Source: Bugula neritina
Taxonomy: Eukaryota; Animalia; Bryozoa
DNA length: 64,000 nt
NCBI GenBank assembly: GCA_964035545.1
Contig: OZ037766.1
Location: forward strand, 18,501,081 to 18,565,080
Direction: 5' to 3'
The notes beneath the pieces are model-generated. The model was not told the DNA's origin. It ran no database searches and saw only the letters and a program-made list of their open reading frames with translations. The position numbers were made by a program, and so were the translations under genes. Positions within the stretch are counted from its first letter, which is position 1. Each line of letters starts with the position of its first letter. Of this stretch, positions 23,761-39,700 are shown piece by piece.

Positions 23761-26700
23761 ATGTTACAGTGTATTTCAGTAGGTTTCAGTATCTTGCAGT
23801 ATATTTCAGCATGTTGCAGTATATTTCAGGATGTTGCAGTATATTTCAGTATGTTACAGTGTTTTGCAGTATTTTGCAGTATATTTCAGTGTGTTACAGT
23901 ATATTTCATTATGTTGCGGTATGTTACAGTGTATTTCAGTATGTTGCAGTATATTTCAGCGTGTTTGAGTATATTTCAGTATGACACAGTGCATTTCCAG
24001 ATATTACGCTATACTTCAGTGAGTTTTAGTGTCTTTCAGTATGTTGCAGTATATTTCGGTGTTTTGCAACATATTTCAATATGTTGCAATGTATTTCAAT
24101 ATGTTACAGTGTATTTCAGTATGTTGCAGTATGTTGCAATGTATTTCAGTATGTTACAGTGTATTTCAGTAGGTTTCAGTATCTTGCAGTATATTTCAGC
24201 GTGTTTCAGTATATTTCAGTATGCCACAGTGCATTTTCAGATTATTCACTATACTTCAGTGAGTTTTAGTGTCTTTCAGTATGTTGCAGTATATTTCGGT
24301 ATCTTGCAACTTATTTCAATGTGTTGCAATGTAATTCAATATGTTACAGTGTATTTCAGTATGTTGCAGTACATTTCAGTATGTTACAGTATATTTCAGT
24401 ATGTTGCAGTATATTTCAGTGGGTTATAGCATATTTCAGTATGATACAGCGTATTTCAGTATGTTACAGTGTACTTCAGTATGTTGCAGTATTTTGCAAT
24501 ATATTTCAGTATATTACAGTGTATTTCAGTATGTTGCAGTATATTTCAGTATGTTACAATAAATTTCAGTATGTTACAGTACATTTCCGTAAGTTACACT
24601 ATACTTCAGGTAGTTGTAGTATATTTCAGTATCTTGCAGTATATCTCAGTATGTTACAGCATATTGCATTGTGTTGCAGTGTATTTCAATATGTTACAGT
24701 GTATTTCAGTATGTTGCAGTATGTTGCAGTATGCTGCAGTATGTTGCAGTGTATTTCTGTATTTTACAGTGTATTTCAGTATGTTGCAGTATATTTCAGC
24801 ATGTTACAGTATATTTCAGTATGTTGCAGTATATTTCAGTGGGTTATAGTATATTTCAGTATGATACAGCGTATTTCGTTATGTTACAGTGTATGTCAGT
24901 ATGTTGCAGTATTTTCCAATGTATTTCAGTATGTTACAGTGTATTTCAGTATGTTGCAGTATAATTCAGTATGTTACAATAAATTTCAGTATGTTACAGT
25001 ACATTTCCGTAAATTACACTATACTTCAGTGAGTTGTAGTATATTTCAGTATCTTGCAGTATATCTCAGTATGTTACAGTATATTTCAGTATCTTACAGT
25101 ACATTTCCGTAAATTACACTACACTTCAGTGAGTTGTAGTATATTTCAGTATCTTGCAGTATATCTCAGTATGTTACAGTATATTTCAGTATGTTACAGT
25201 ATATTTCAGTGTGTTACAGTAAATTTCAGTATGTTACAGTGCTTTTGCAGATATCACACTATACTTTAGTGAGTTTTAGTGCCTTTCAGTATGTTACAGT
25301 GTATTTCAGTATGTTGCAGTATTTTGCAATATATATCAGTATGTTACAGTGTATTTCAGTATGTTGCAGTATATTTCAGTATGTTACAATAAATTTCAGT
25401 ATGTTACAGTATATTTCCGTAAATTACACTACACTTCAGTGAGTTGTAGAATATTTCAGTATCTTGCAGTATATCTCAGTATGTTACAGTATATTTCAGT
25501 ATGTTACAGTATATTTCAGTTTGTTACACTAAATTTCAGTATGTTACAGTGCATTTGCAGATATTACACTATACTTCAGTGAGTTTTAGTGTCTTTCATT
25601 ATGTTGCAGTATATTTCAGTATGTTGCAGTATTTTGCAATGTATTTCAATATGTTACAGTGTATTTCAGTATGTTGCAGTATGTTGCAATGTATTTCAGT
25701 ATGTTACAGTGTAATTCAGTATCTTACAGTACATTTCCGTAAATTACACTACACTTCAGTGAGTTGTAGTATATTTCAGTATCTTGCAGTATATCTCAGT
25801 ATGTTACAGTATATTTCAGTATGTTACAGTATATTTCAGTTTGTTACAGTAAATTTCAGTATGTCACAGTGCATTTGCAGATATTACACTATACTTCAGT
25901 GAGTTTTAGTGTCTTTCATTATGTTGCAGTATATTTCAGTATGTTGCAGTATTTTGCAATACATTTTATTATGTTACAGTGTATTTCAGTATGTTGCAGT
26001 ATATTTCAGTTTGATACAATGAATTTCAGTATGTTACAGTACATTTCCGTAAATTGCACTATACTTCAGTGAGTTGTAGTATATTTCAGTATCTTGCAGT
26101 ATATCTCAGTATGTTACAGTATATTTCAGTATGTTGCAGTATATTTCAGCGTGTTTGAGTACATTTCAGTATGACACAGTGCATTTCCAGATATTACGCT
26201 ATACTTCAGTGAGTTTTAGTGTCTTTCAGTATGTTGCAGTATATTTCGGTGTTTTGCAACATATTTCAATATGTTGCAATGTATTTCAATATGTTACAGT
26301 GTATTTCAGTATGTTGCAGTATGTTGCAATGTATTTCAGTATGTTACAGTGTATTTCAGTAGGTTTCAGTATCTTGCAGTATATTTCAGCGTGTTTCAGT
26401 ATATTTCAGTATGCCACAGTGCATTTTCAGATTATTCACTATACTTCAGTGAGTTTTAGTGTCTTTCAGTATGTTGCAGTATATTTCGGTATCTTGCAAC
26501 TTATTTCAATGTGTTGCAATGTAATTCAATATGTTACAGTGTATTTCAGTATGTTGCAGTACATTTCAGTATGTTACAGTATATTTCAGTATGTTGCAGT
26601 ATATTTCAGTGGGTTATAGCATATTTCAGTATGATACAGCGTATTTCAGTATGTTACAGTGTACTTCAGTATGTTGCAGTATTTTGCAATATATTTCAGT

Positions 26701-29700
26701 ATATTACAGTGTATTTCAGTATGTTGCAGTATATTTCAGTATGTTACAATAAATTTCAGTATGTTACAGTACATTTCCGTAAGTTACACTATACTTCAGG
26801 TAGTTGTAGTATATTTCAGTATCTTGCAGTATATCTCAGTATGTTACAGCATATTGCATTGTGTTGCAGTGTATTTCAATATGTTACAGTGTATTTCAGT
26901 ATGTTGCAGTATGTTGCAGTATGCTGCAGGATGTTGCAGTGTATTTCTGTATTTTACAGTGTATTTCAGTATGTTGCAGTATATTTCAGCATGTTACAGT
27001 ATGTTTCAGTATGTTGCAGTATATTTCAGTGGGTTATAGCATATTTCAGTATGATACAGCGTATTTCGTTATGTTACAGTGTATGTCAGTATGTTGCAGT
27101 ATTTTCCAATGTATTTCAGTATGTTACAAAGTATTTCAGTATGTTGCAGTATAATTCAGTATGTTACAATAAATTTCAGTATGTTACAGTACATTTCCGT
27201 AAATTACACTATACTTCAGTGAGTTGTAGTATATTTCAGTATCTTGCAGTATATCTCAGTATGTTACAGTATATTTCAGTATCTTACAGTACATTTCCGT
27301 AAATTACACTACACTTCAGTGAGTTGTAGTATATTTCAGTATCTTGCAGTATATCTCAGTATGTTACAGTATATTTCAGTATGTTACAGTATATTTCAGT
27401 TTGTTACAGTAAATTTCAGTATGTCACAGTGCATTTGCAGATATTACACTATACTTCAGTGAGTTTTAGTGTCTTTCATTATGTTGCAGTATATTTCAGT
27501 ATGTTGCAGTATTTTGCAATGTATTTCAATATGTTACAGTGTATTTCAGTATGTTGCAGTATGTTGCAATGTATTTCAGTATGTTACAGTGTAATTCAGT
27601 ATCTTACAGTACATTTCCGTAAATTACACTACACTTCAGTGAGTTGTAGTATATTTCAGTATCTTGCAGTATATCTCAGTATGTTACAGTATATTTCAGT
27701 ATGTTACAGTATATTTCAGTTTGTTACAGTAAATTTCAGTATGTCACAGTGCATTTGCAGATATTACACTATACTTCAGTGAGTTTTAGTGTCTTTCATT
27801 ATGTTGCAGTATATTTCAGTATGTTGCAGTATTTTGCAATACATTTTATTATGTTACAGTGTATTTCAGTATGTTGCAGTATATTTCAGTTTGATACAAT
27901 GAATTTCAGTATGTTACAGTACATTTCCGTAAATTGCACTATACTTCAGTGAGTTGTAGTATATTTCAGTATCTTGCAGTATATCTCAGTATGTTACAGT
28001 ATATTTCAGTATGTTGCAGTATATTTCAGCGTGTTTGAGTACATTTCAGTATGACACAGTGCATTTCCAGATATTACGCTATACTTCAGTGAGTTTTAGT
28101 GTCTTTCAGTATGTTGCAGTATATTTCGGTGTTTTGCAACATATTTCAATATGTTGCAATGTATTTCAATATGTTACAGTGTATTTCAGTATGTTGCAGT
28201 ATGTTGCAATGTATTTCAGTATGTTACAGTGTATTTCAGTAGGTTTCAGTATCTTGCAGTATATTTCAGCATGTTGCAGTATATTTCAGGATGTTGCAGT
28301 ATATTTCAGTATGTTACAGTGTTTTGCAGTATTTTGCAGTATATTTCAGTGTGTTACAGTATATTTCATTATGTTGCGGTATGTTGCAGTATATTTCAGT
28401 AGTTTGCAACATATTTCAGTAGGTTACCATATATTTCGGTATGTTGCAGCATATTTCAAGGTGTTGCAGTGTATTTCAATATGTTACAGTGTATTTCAGT
28501 CTGTTGCAGTATGTTCCATTATGCTGCAGTGTATTTCTGTATGTTACAGTGTATTTCAGTATGTTGCAGTACATTTCAGTATGTTACAGTATATTTCAGT
28601 ATGTTGCAGTATATTTCAGTGGGTTATAGCATATTTCAGTATGATACAGCGTATTTCAGTATGTTACAGTGTACTTCAGTATGTTGCAGTATTTTGCAAT
28701 ATATTTCAGTATGTTACAGTGTATTTCAGTATGTTGCAGTATAATTCAGTATGTTACAATAAATTTCAGTGTGTTACAGTACATTTCCGTAAATTACACT
28801 ATACTTCAGTGAGTTGTAGTATATTTGAGTATCTTGCAGTATATCTCAGTATGTTACAATATATTTCAGTATCTTACAGTACATTTCCGTAAATTACACT
28901 ACACTTCAGTGAGTTGTAGTATATTTCAGTATCTTGCAGTATTTCTCAGTATGTTACAGTATATTTCAGTATGTTACAGTATATTCCAGTCTGTTACAGT
29001 AAATTTCAGTATGTTAAAGTGCATTTGCAGATATTACACTATACTTTAGTGAGTTTTAGTGTCTTTCAGTATCTTGCAGTATATTTCAGTATGTTGCAGT
29101 ATTTTGCAATATATTTTAGTATGTTACGGTGTATTTCAGTACGTTGCAGTATATTTCAAAATGATACAATAAATTTCAGTGTGTTCCAGTACATTTCTGC
29201 AAATTACACTATACTTCAGTGAGTTGTAGTATATTTCAGTATCTTGCAGTATATCTCAGTATGTTACAGTTGATTTCAGTATGTTCCAGTATATTTCAGC
29301 GTGTTTCAGTATATTTCAGTATGCCACAGTGCATTTTCAGATTTTTCACTATACTTCAGTGAGTTTTAGTGTCTTTCAGTATGTTGCAGTACATTTCGGT
29401 ATCTTGCAACTTATTTCAATGTGTTGCAATGTAATTCCATATGTTACAGTGTATTTCAGTATGTTGCAGTATGTTGCAGTGTATTTCAGTATGTTACAGT
29501 GTATTTCAGTAGGTTTCAGTATCTTGCAGTATATTTCAGTATGTTGCAGTATATTTCAGTGGGTTACAGTATATTCCAGTATGTTCCAGTATGTTGCAGT
29601 ATATTTCAGGATGTTGCAGTGTATTTCATTATGTTACAGTGTATTTCAGTGGTTTGCAACATATTTTAGTAGGTTACCATATATTTCGGTATGTTGCAGC

Positions 29701-30749
29701 ATATTTCAATGCGTTGCAGTGTATTTCAATATGTTACAGTGTATTTCAGTATGTTGCAGTATGTTGCAGTGTATTTCTGTATGTTACGGTGTAGTTCAGT
29801 ATGTTGCAGTATATTTCAGTATGTTACAGTATGTTTCAGTATGTTGCAGTATATTTCGGTATCTTGCAACTTATTTCAATGTGTTGCAATGTAATTCAAT
29901 ATGTTACAGTGTATTTCAGTACGTTGCAGTACATTTCAGTATGTTACAGTATATTTCAGTATGTTGCGGTATATTTCAGTGGGTTATAGCTTATTTCAGT
30001 ATGATACAGCGTATTTCAGTATGTTACAGTGTACTTCAGTATGTTGCAGTATTTTGCAATATATTTCAGTATGTTACAGTGTATTTCAGTATGTTGCAGT
30101 ATATTTCAGTATGTTACAATAAATTTCAGTATGTTACAGTACATTTCCGTAAGTTACACTATACTTCAGGTAGTTGTAGTATATTTCAGTATCTTGCAGT
30201 ATATCTCAGTATGTTACAGCATATTTCATTGTGTTGCAGTGTATTTCAATATGTTACAGTGTATTTCAGTATGTTGCAGTATGTTGCAGTATGCTGCAGT
30301 ATGTTGCAGTGTATTTCTGTATTTTACAGTGTATTTCAGTATGTTGCAGTATATTTCAGCATGTTACAGTATATTTCAGTATGTTGCAGTATATTTCAGT
30401 GGGTTATAGTATATTTCAGTATGATACAGCGTATTTCGTTATGTTACAGTGTATGTCAGTATGTTGCAGTATTTTCCAATGTTTTTCAGTATGTTACAGT
30501 GTATTTCAGTATGTTGCAGTATAATTCAGTATGTTACAATAAATTTCAGTATGTTACAGTACATTTCCGTAAATTACACTATACTTCAGTGAGTTGTAGT
30601 ATATTTCAGTATCTTGCAGTATATCTCAGTATTTTACAGTATATTTCAGTATCTTACAGTACATTTCCGTAAATTACACTACACTTCAGTGAGTTGTAGT
30701 ATATTTCAGTATCTTGCAGTATATCTCAGTATGTTACAGTATATTTCAG

Positions 30750-33700
30750 TATGTTACAGTATATTTCAGTGTGTTACAGTAAATTTCAGTATGTTACAGT
30801 GCTTTTGCAGATATCACACTATACTTTAGTGAGTTTTAGTGCCTTTCAGTATGTTACAGTGTATTTCAGTATGTTGCAGTATTTTGCAATATATATCAGT
30901 ATGTTACAGTGTATTTCAGTATGTTGCAGTATATTTCAGTATGTTACAGTAAATTTCAGTATGTTACAGTATATTTCCGTAAATTACACTATAATTCAGT
31001 GAGTTGTAGAATATTTCAGTATCTTGCAGTATATCTCAGTATGTTACAGTATATTTCAGTATGTTACAGTATATTTCAGTTTGTTACAGTAAATTTCAGT
31101 ATGTTACAGTGCATTTGCAGATATTACACTATACTTCAGTGAGTTTTAGTGTCTTTCATTATGTTGCAGTATATTTCAGTATGTTGCAGTATTTTGCAAT
31201 GTAATTCAATATGTTACAGTGTATTTCAGTATGTTACAGTGTATTTCAGTATGTTGCAGTATTTTGCAATATATATCAGTATGTTACAGTGTATTTCAGT
31301 ATGTTGCAGTATATTTCAGTATGTTACAATAAATTTCAGTATGTTACAGTATATTTCCGTAAATTACACTATACTTCAGTGAGTTGTAGTATATTTCAGT
31401 ATCTTGCAGTATATCTCAGTATGCTACAGTATATTTCAGTATGTTACAGTATATTTCAGTTTGTTACAGTAAATTTCAGTATGTTACAGTGCATTTGCAG
31501 ATATTACACTATACTTCAGTGAGTTTTAGTGTCTTTCATTATGTTGCAGTATATTTCAGTATGTTGCAGTATTTTGCAATACATTTTATTATGTTACAGT
31601 GTATTTCAGTATGTTGCAGTATATTTCAGTTTGATACAATAAATTTCAGTATGTTACAGTACATTTCCGTAAATTACACTATAATTCAGTGAGTTGTAGT
31701 ATATTTCAGTATCTTGCAGTATATCTCAGTATGTTACAGTATATTTCAGTATGTTACAGTATATTTCAGTGTGTTACAGTAAATTTCAGTATGTTACAGT
31801 GCATTTGCAGATATTACACTATACTTTAGTGAGTTTTAGTGTCTTTCAGTATCTTGCAGTATATTTCAGTATGTTGCAATATTTTGCAATATATTTTAGT
31901 ATGTTACAGTGTATTTCAGTACGTTGCAGTATATTTCAGTATGATACAATAAATTTCAGTGTGTTACAGTACATTTCTGCAAATTACAGTATACTTCAGT
32001 GAGTTGTAGTATATTTCAGTATCTTGCAGTATATCTCAGTATGTTACAGTTGATTTCAGTATGTTCCAGTATATTTCAGCGTGTTTCAGTATATTTCAGT
32101 ATGCCACAGTGCATTTTCAGATTTTTCACTATACTTCAGTGAGTTTTAGTGTCTTTCAGTGTGTTGCAGTATATTTCGGTATCTTGCAACTTATTTCAAT
32201 GTGTTGCAATGTAATTCAATATGTTACAGTGTATTTCAGTATGTTGCAGTTTTTTGCAGTGTATTTCAGTATTTTACAGTGTATTTCAGTAGGTTTCAGT
32301 ATCTTGCAGTATATCTCAGTGTGTTGCAGTATATTTCAGTGGGTTACAGTATATTCCAGTATGTTCCAGTATGTTGCAGTATATTTCAGGATGTTGCAGT
32401 GTATTTCATTATGTTACAGTGTATTTCAGTGGTTTGCAACATATTTCAGTAGGTTACCATGTATTTCGGTATGTTGCAGCATATTTCAATGTGTTGCAGT
32501 GTATTTCAATATGTTACAGTGTATTTCAGTATGTTGCAGTATGTTGCAGTGTATTTCTGTATGTTACGGTGTAGTTCAGTATGTTGCAGTATATTTCAGT
32601 ATGTTACAGTATGTTTCAGTATGTTGCAGTATATTTCCGTGGGTTATAGTATATTCCAGTATGATACAGCGTATTTCAGTATGTTACAGTGTATTTCAGT
32701 ATGTTGCAGTATTTTGCAATGCATTTCAGTATGTTACACTGTATTTCAGTATGTTGCAGTATATTTCAGTATTTTACAATAAATTTCAGTATATTACAGT
32801 ACATTTCCGTAAATTACACTATACTTCAGTGAGTTGTAGTATATTTCAGTATCATGCAGTATATCTCAGTATGTTACAGTATATTTCAGTATGTTACAGT
32901 ATGTTTCAGTGTGTTACAGTATGTTGCAGTATATTTCAGTAGTTTGCAACATATTTCAGTAGGTTACCATATATTTCGGTATGTTGCAGCATATTTCAAT
33001 GTGTTGCAGTGTATTTCAATATGTTACAGTGTATTTCAGTATGTTGCAGTATGTTGCAGTATGATGCAGCATGTTGCAGTGTATTTCTGTATGTTACAGT
33101 GTAATTCAGAATGTTGCAGTATATTTCAGTATGTTACAGTATGTTTCAGTATGTTGCAGTATATTTCAGTGGGTTATAGTATATTTCAGTATGATACAGC
33201 GTATTTCAGTATGTTACAGTGTATTTCAGTATGTTGCAGTATTTTGCAATATATTTCAGTATGTTACAGCGTATTTCAGTATGTTGCAGTATATTTCAGT
33301 ATGTTACAATAAATTTCAGTATGTTACAGTACATTGCCGTAAATTACACTATACTTCAGTGAGTTGTAGTATATTTCAGTATCTTGCAGTATATCTCAGT
33401 ATGTTACTGTATATTTCAGTATGTTACAGTATATTTCAGTGTGTTACAGTAAATTTCAGTATGTTACAGTGCATTTGCAGATATTACACTATACTTTAGT
33501 GAGTTTTAGTGTCTTTCAGTATGTTGCAGTATATTTCAGTATGTTGCAGTATTTTGCAATATATATCAGTATGTTACAGTGTATTTCCGTAAATTACTCT
33601 ATACTTCAGTGAGTTGTAGTATATTATAGTATCTTGCAGTATATCTCAGTATGTTACAGTATATTTCAGTATGTTACAATAAATTTCAGTATGTTACAGT

Positions 33701-36700
33701 ATATTTCCGTAAATTACTCTATACTTCAGTGAGTTGTAGTATATTATAGTATCTTGCAGTATATCTCAGTATGTTACAGTATATTTCAGTATGTTACAGT
33801 ATATTTCAGTTTGTTACAGTAAATTTCAGTATGTTACAGTGCTTTTGCAGATATCACACTATACTTTAGTGAGTTTTAGTGCCTTTCAGTATGTTACAGT
33901 GTATTTCAGTATGTTGCAGTATTTTGCAATATATATCAGTATGTTACAGTGTATTTCAGTATGTTGCAGTATATTTCAGTATGTTACAGTAAATTTCAGT
34001 ATGTTACAGTATATTTCTGTAAATTACACTATAATTCAGTGAGTTGTAGAATATTTCAGTATCTTGCAGTATATCTCAGTATGTTACAGTATATTTCAGT
34101 ATGTTACAGTATATTTCAGTTTGTTACAGTAAATTTCAGTATGTTACAGTGCATTTGCAGATATTACACTATACTTCAGTGAGTTTTAGTGTCTTTCATT
34201 ATGTTGCAGTATATTTCAGTATGTTGCAGTATTTTGCAATGTATTTCAATATGTTACAGTGTATTTCAGTAGGTTGCAGTATGTTGCAATGTATTTCAGT
34301 ATGTTACAGTGTAATTCAGTATCTTACAGTACATTTCCGTAAATTACACTACACTTCAGTGAGTTGTAGTATATTTCAGTATCTTGCAGTATATCTCAGT
34401 ATGTTACAGTATATTTCAGTATGTTACAGTATATTTCAGTGTGTTACAGTGCATTTGCAGATATTACACTATACTTCAGTGAGTTTTAGTGTCTTTCATT
34501 ATGTTGCAGTATATTTCAGTATGTTGCAGTATTTTGCAATGTAATTCAATATGTTACAGTGTATTTCAGTATGTTACAGTGTATTTCAGTATGTTGCAGT
34601 ATTTTGCAATATATATCAGTATGTTACAGTGTATTTCAGTATGTTGCAGTATATTTCAGTATGTTACAATAAATTTCAGTATGTTACAGTATATTTCCGT
34701 AAATTACACTATACTTCAGTGAGTTGTAGTATATTTCAGTATCTTGCAGTATATCTCAGTATGCTACAGTATATTTCAGTATGTTACAGTATATTTCAGT
34801 TTGTTACAGTAAATTTCAGTATGTTACAGTGCATTTGCAGATATTACACTATACTTCAGTGAGTTTTAGTGTCTTTCATTATGTTGCAGTATATTTCAGT
34901 ATGTTGCAGTATTTTGCAATACATTTTATTATGTTACAGTGTATTTCAGTATGTTGCAGTATATTTCAGTTTGATACAATAAATTTCAGTATGTTACAGT
35001 ACATTTCCGTAAATTACACTATAATTCAGTGAGTTGTAGTATATTTCAGTATCTTGCAGTATATCTCAGTATGTTACAGTATATTTCAGTATGTTACAGT
35101 ATATTTCAGTGTGTTACAGTAAATTTCAGTATGTTACAGTGCATTTGCAGATATTACACTATACTTTAGTGAGTTTTAGTGTCTTTCAGTATCTTGCAGT
35201 ATATTTCAGTATGTTGCAATATTTTGCAATATATTTTAGTATGTTACAGTGTATTTCAGTACGTTGCAGTATATTTCAGTATGATACAATAAATTTCAGT
35301 GTGTTACAGTACATTTCTGCAAATTACAGTATACTTCAGTGAGTTGTAGTATATTTCAGTATCTTGCAGTATATCTCAGTATGTTACAGTTGATTTCAGT
35401 ATGTTCCAGTATATTTCAGCGTGTTTCAGTATATTTCAGTATGCCACAGTGCATTTTCAGATTTTTCACTATACTTCAGTGAGTTTTAGTGTCTTTCAGT
35501 GTGTTGCAGTATATTTCGGTATCTTGCAACTTATTTCAATGTGTTGCAATGTAATTCAATATGTTACAGTGTATTTCAGTATGTTGCAGTTTTTTGCAGT
35601 GTATTTCAGTATGTTACAGTGTATTTCAGTAGGTTTCAGTATCTTGCAGTATATCTCATTGTGTTGCAGTATATTTCAGTGGGTTACAGTATATTCCAGT
35701 ATGTTCCAGTATGTTGCAGTATATTTCAGGATGTTGCAGTGTATTTCATTATGTTACAGTGTATTTCAGTGGTTTGCAACATATTTCAGTAGGTTACCAT
35801 GTATTTCGGTATGTTGCAGCATATTTCAATGTGTTGCAGTGTATTTCAATATGTTACAGTGTATTTCAGTATGTTGCAGTATGTTGCAGTGTATTTCTGT
35901 ATGTTACGGTGTAGTTCAGTATGTTGCAGTATATTTCAGTATGTTACAGTATGTTTCAGTATGTTGCAGTATATTTCCGTGGGTTATAGTATATTCCAGT
36001 ATGATACAGCGTATTTCAGTATGTTACAGTGTATTTCAGTATGTTGCAGTATTTTGCAATGCATTTCAGTATGTTACACTGTATTTCAGTATGTTGCAGT
36101 ATATTTCAGTATTTTACAATAAATTTCAGTATATTACAGTACATTTCCGTAAATTACACTATACTTCAGTGAGTTGTAGTATATTTCAGTATCATGCAGT
36201 ATATCTCAGTATGTTACAGTATATTTCAGTATGTTACAGTATGTTTCAGTGTGTTACAGTATGTTGCAGTATATTTCAGTAGTTTGCAACATATTTCAGT
36301 AGGTTACCCTATATTTCGGTATGTTGCAGCATATTTCAATGTGTTGCAGTGTATTTCAATATGTTACAGTGTATTTCAGTATGTTGCAGTATGTTGCAGT
36401 ATGATGCAGCATGTTGCAGTGTATTTCTGTATGTTACAGTGTAATTCAGAATGTTGCAGTATATTTCAGTATGTTACAGTATGTTTCAGTATGTTGCAGT
36501 ATATTTCAGTGGGTTATAGTATATTTCAGTATGATACAGCGTATTTCAGTATGTTACAGTGTATTTCAGTATGTTGCAGTATTTTGCAATATATTTCAGT
36601 ATGTTACAGCGTATTTCAGTATGTTGCAGTATATTTCAGTATGTTACAATAAATTTCAGTATGTTACAGTACATTGCCGTAAATTACACTATACTTCAGT

Positions 36701-39700
36701 GAGTTGTAGTATATTTCAGTATCTTGCAGTATATCTCAGTATGTTACTGTATATTTCAGTATGTTACAGTATATTTCAGTGTGTTACAGTAAATTTCAGT
36801 ATGTTACAGTGCATTTGCAGATATTACACTATACTTTAGTGAGTTTTAGTGTCTTTCAGTATGTTGCAGTATATTTCAGTATGTTGCAGTATTTTGCAAT
36901 ATATATCAGTATGTTACAGTGTATTTCCGTAAATTACTCTATACTTCAGTGAGTTGTAGTATATTATAGTATCTTGCAGTATATCTCAGTATGTTACAGT
37001 ATATTTCAGTATGTTACAATAAATTTCAGTATGTTACAGTATATTTCCGTAAATTACTCTATACTTCAGTGAGTTGTAGTATATTATAGTATCTTGCAGT
37101 ATATCTCAGTATGTTACAGTATATTTCAGTATGTTACAGTATATTTCAGTTTGTTACAGTAAATTTCAGTATGTTACAGTGCTTTTGCAGATATCACACT
37201 ATACTTTAGTGAGTTTTAGTGCCTTTCAGTATGTTACAGTGTATTTCAGTATGTTGCAGTATTTTGCAATATATATCAGTATGTTACAGTGTATTTCAGT
37301 ATGTTGCAGTATATTTCAGTATGTTACAGTAAATTTCAGTATGTTACAGTATATTTCTGTAAATTACACTATAATTCAGTGAGTTGTAGAATATTTCAGT
37401 ATCTTGCAGTATATCTCAGTATGTTACAGTATATTTCAGTATGTTACAGTATATTTCAGTTTGTTACAGTAAATTTCAGTATGTTACAGTGCATTTGCAG
37501 ATATTACACTATACTTCAGTGAGTTTTAGTGTCTTTCATTATGTTGCAGTATATTTCAGTATGTTGCAGTATTTTGCAATGTATTTCAATATGTTACAGT
37601 GTATTTCAGTAGGTTGCAGTATGTTGCAATGTATTTCAGTATGTTACAGTGTAATTCAGTATCTTACAGTACATTTCCGTAAATTACACTACACTTCAGT
37701 GAGTTGTAGTATATTTCAGTATCTTGCAGTATATCTCAGTATGTTACAGTATATTTCAGTATGTTACAGTATATTTCAGTGTGTTACAGTAAATTTCAGT
37801 ATGTTACAGTGCATTTGCAGATATTACACTATACTTCAGTGAGTTTTAGTGTCTTTCAGTATCTTGCAGTATATTTCAGTATGTTGCAATATTTTGCAAT
37901 ATATTTTAGTATGTTATAGTGTATTTCAGTACGTTGCAGTATATTTCAGTATGATACAACAAATTTCAGTGTGTTACAGTACATTTCTGCAAATTACACT
38001 ATACTTCAGTGAGTTGTAGTATATTTCAGTATCTTGCAGTATATCTCAGTATGTTACAGTTGATTTCAGTATGTTCCAGTATATTTCAGCGTGTTTCAGT
38101 ATATTTCAGTATGCCACAGTGCATTTTCAGATTATTCACCATACTTCAGTGAGTTTTAGTGTCTTTCAGTATGTTGCAGTATATTTCGGTATCTTGCAAC
38201 TTATTTCAATGTGTTGCAATGTAATTCAATATGTTACAGTGTATTTCAGTATGTTACAGTGTATTTCAGTATGTTGCAGTATTTTGCAATATATATCAGT
38301 ATGTTACAGTGTATTTCAGTATGTTGCAGTATATTTCAGTATGTTACAATAAATTTCAGTATGTTACAGTATATTTCCGTAAATTACACTATACTTCAGT
38401 GAGTTGTAGTATATTTCAGTATCTTGCAGTATATCTCAGTATGCTACAGTATATTTCAGTATGTTACAGTATATTTCAGTTTGTTACAGTAAATTTCAGT
38501 ATGTTACAGTGCATTTGCAGATATTACACTATACTTCAGTGAGTTTTAGTGTCTTTCATTATGTTGCAGTATATTTCAGTATGTTGCAGTATTTTGCAAT
38601 ACATTTTATTATGTTACAGTGTATTTCAGTATGTTGCAGTATATTTCAGTTTGATACAATAAATTTCAGTATGTTACAGTACATTTCCGTAAATTACACT
38701 ATAATTCAGTGAGTTGTAGTATATTTCAGTATCTTGCAGTATATCTCAGTATGTTACAGTATATTTCAGTATGTTACAGTATATTTCAGTGTGTTACAGT
38801 AAATTTCAGTATGTTACAGTGCATTTGCAGATATTACACTATACTTTAGTGAGTTTTAGTGTCTTTCAGTATCTTGCAGTATATTTCAGTATGTTGCAAT
38901 ATTTTGCAATATATTTTAGTATGTTACAGTGTATTTCAGTACGTTGCAGTATATCTCAGTATGTTACAGTTGATTTCAGTATGTTCCAGTATATTTCAGC
39001 GTGTTTCAGTATATTTCAGTATGCCACAGTGCATTTTCAGATTTTTCACTATACTTCAGTGAGTTTTAGTGTCTTTCAGTGTGTTGCAGTATATTTCGGT
39101 ATCTTGCAACTTATTTCAATGTGTTGCAATGTAATTCAATATGTTACAGTGTATTTCAGTATGTTGCAGTATGTTGCAGTGTATTTCAGTATGTTACAGT
39201 GTATTTCAGTAGGTTTCAGTATCTTGCAGTATATCTCAGTGTGTTGCAGTATATTTCAGTGGGTTACAGTATATTCCAGTATGTTCCAGTATGTTGCAGT
39301 ATATTTCAGGATGTTGCAGTGTATTTCATTATGTTACAGTGTATTTCAGTGGTTTGCAACATATTTCAGTAGGTTACCATGTATTTCGGTATGTTGCAGC
39401 ATATTTCAATGTGTTGCAGTGTATTTCAATATGTTACAGTGTATTTCAGTATGTTGCAGTATGTTGCAGTGTATTTCTGTATGTTACGGTGTAGTTCAGT
39501 ATGTTGCAGTATATTTCAGTATGTTACAGTATGTTTCAGTATGTTGCAGTATATTTCCGTGGGTTATAGTATATTCCAGTATGATACAGCATATTTCAGT
39601 ATGTTACAGTGTATTTCAGTATGTTGCAGTATTTTGCAATGCATTTCAGTATGTTACACTGTATTTCAGTATGTTGCAGTATATTTCAGTATTTTACAAT

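Larger units (their letters stand above)
9706..37565 (+). repeat. Tandem duplication of ~13.7-14.05 kb (copy 1 ~9706-23760, copy 2 ~23760-37565)
   Basis: Private variants are shared at fixed offsets: atgttacaaa 13071/27121 (+14050); atgttaaagt 15271/29011, atatttcaaa 15411/29151 and gtttttcagt 16741/30481 (+13740); ORF pairs 21601/35401 and 23331/37131 (+13800). Confidence 0.92.
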
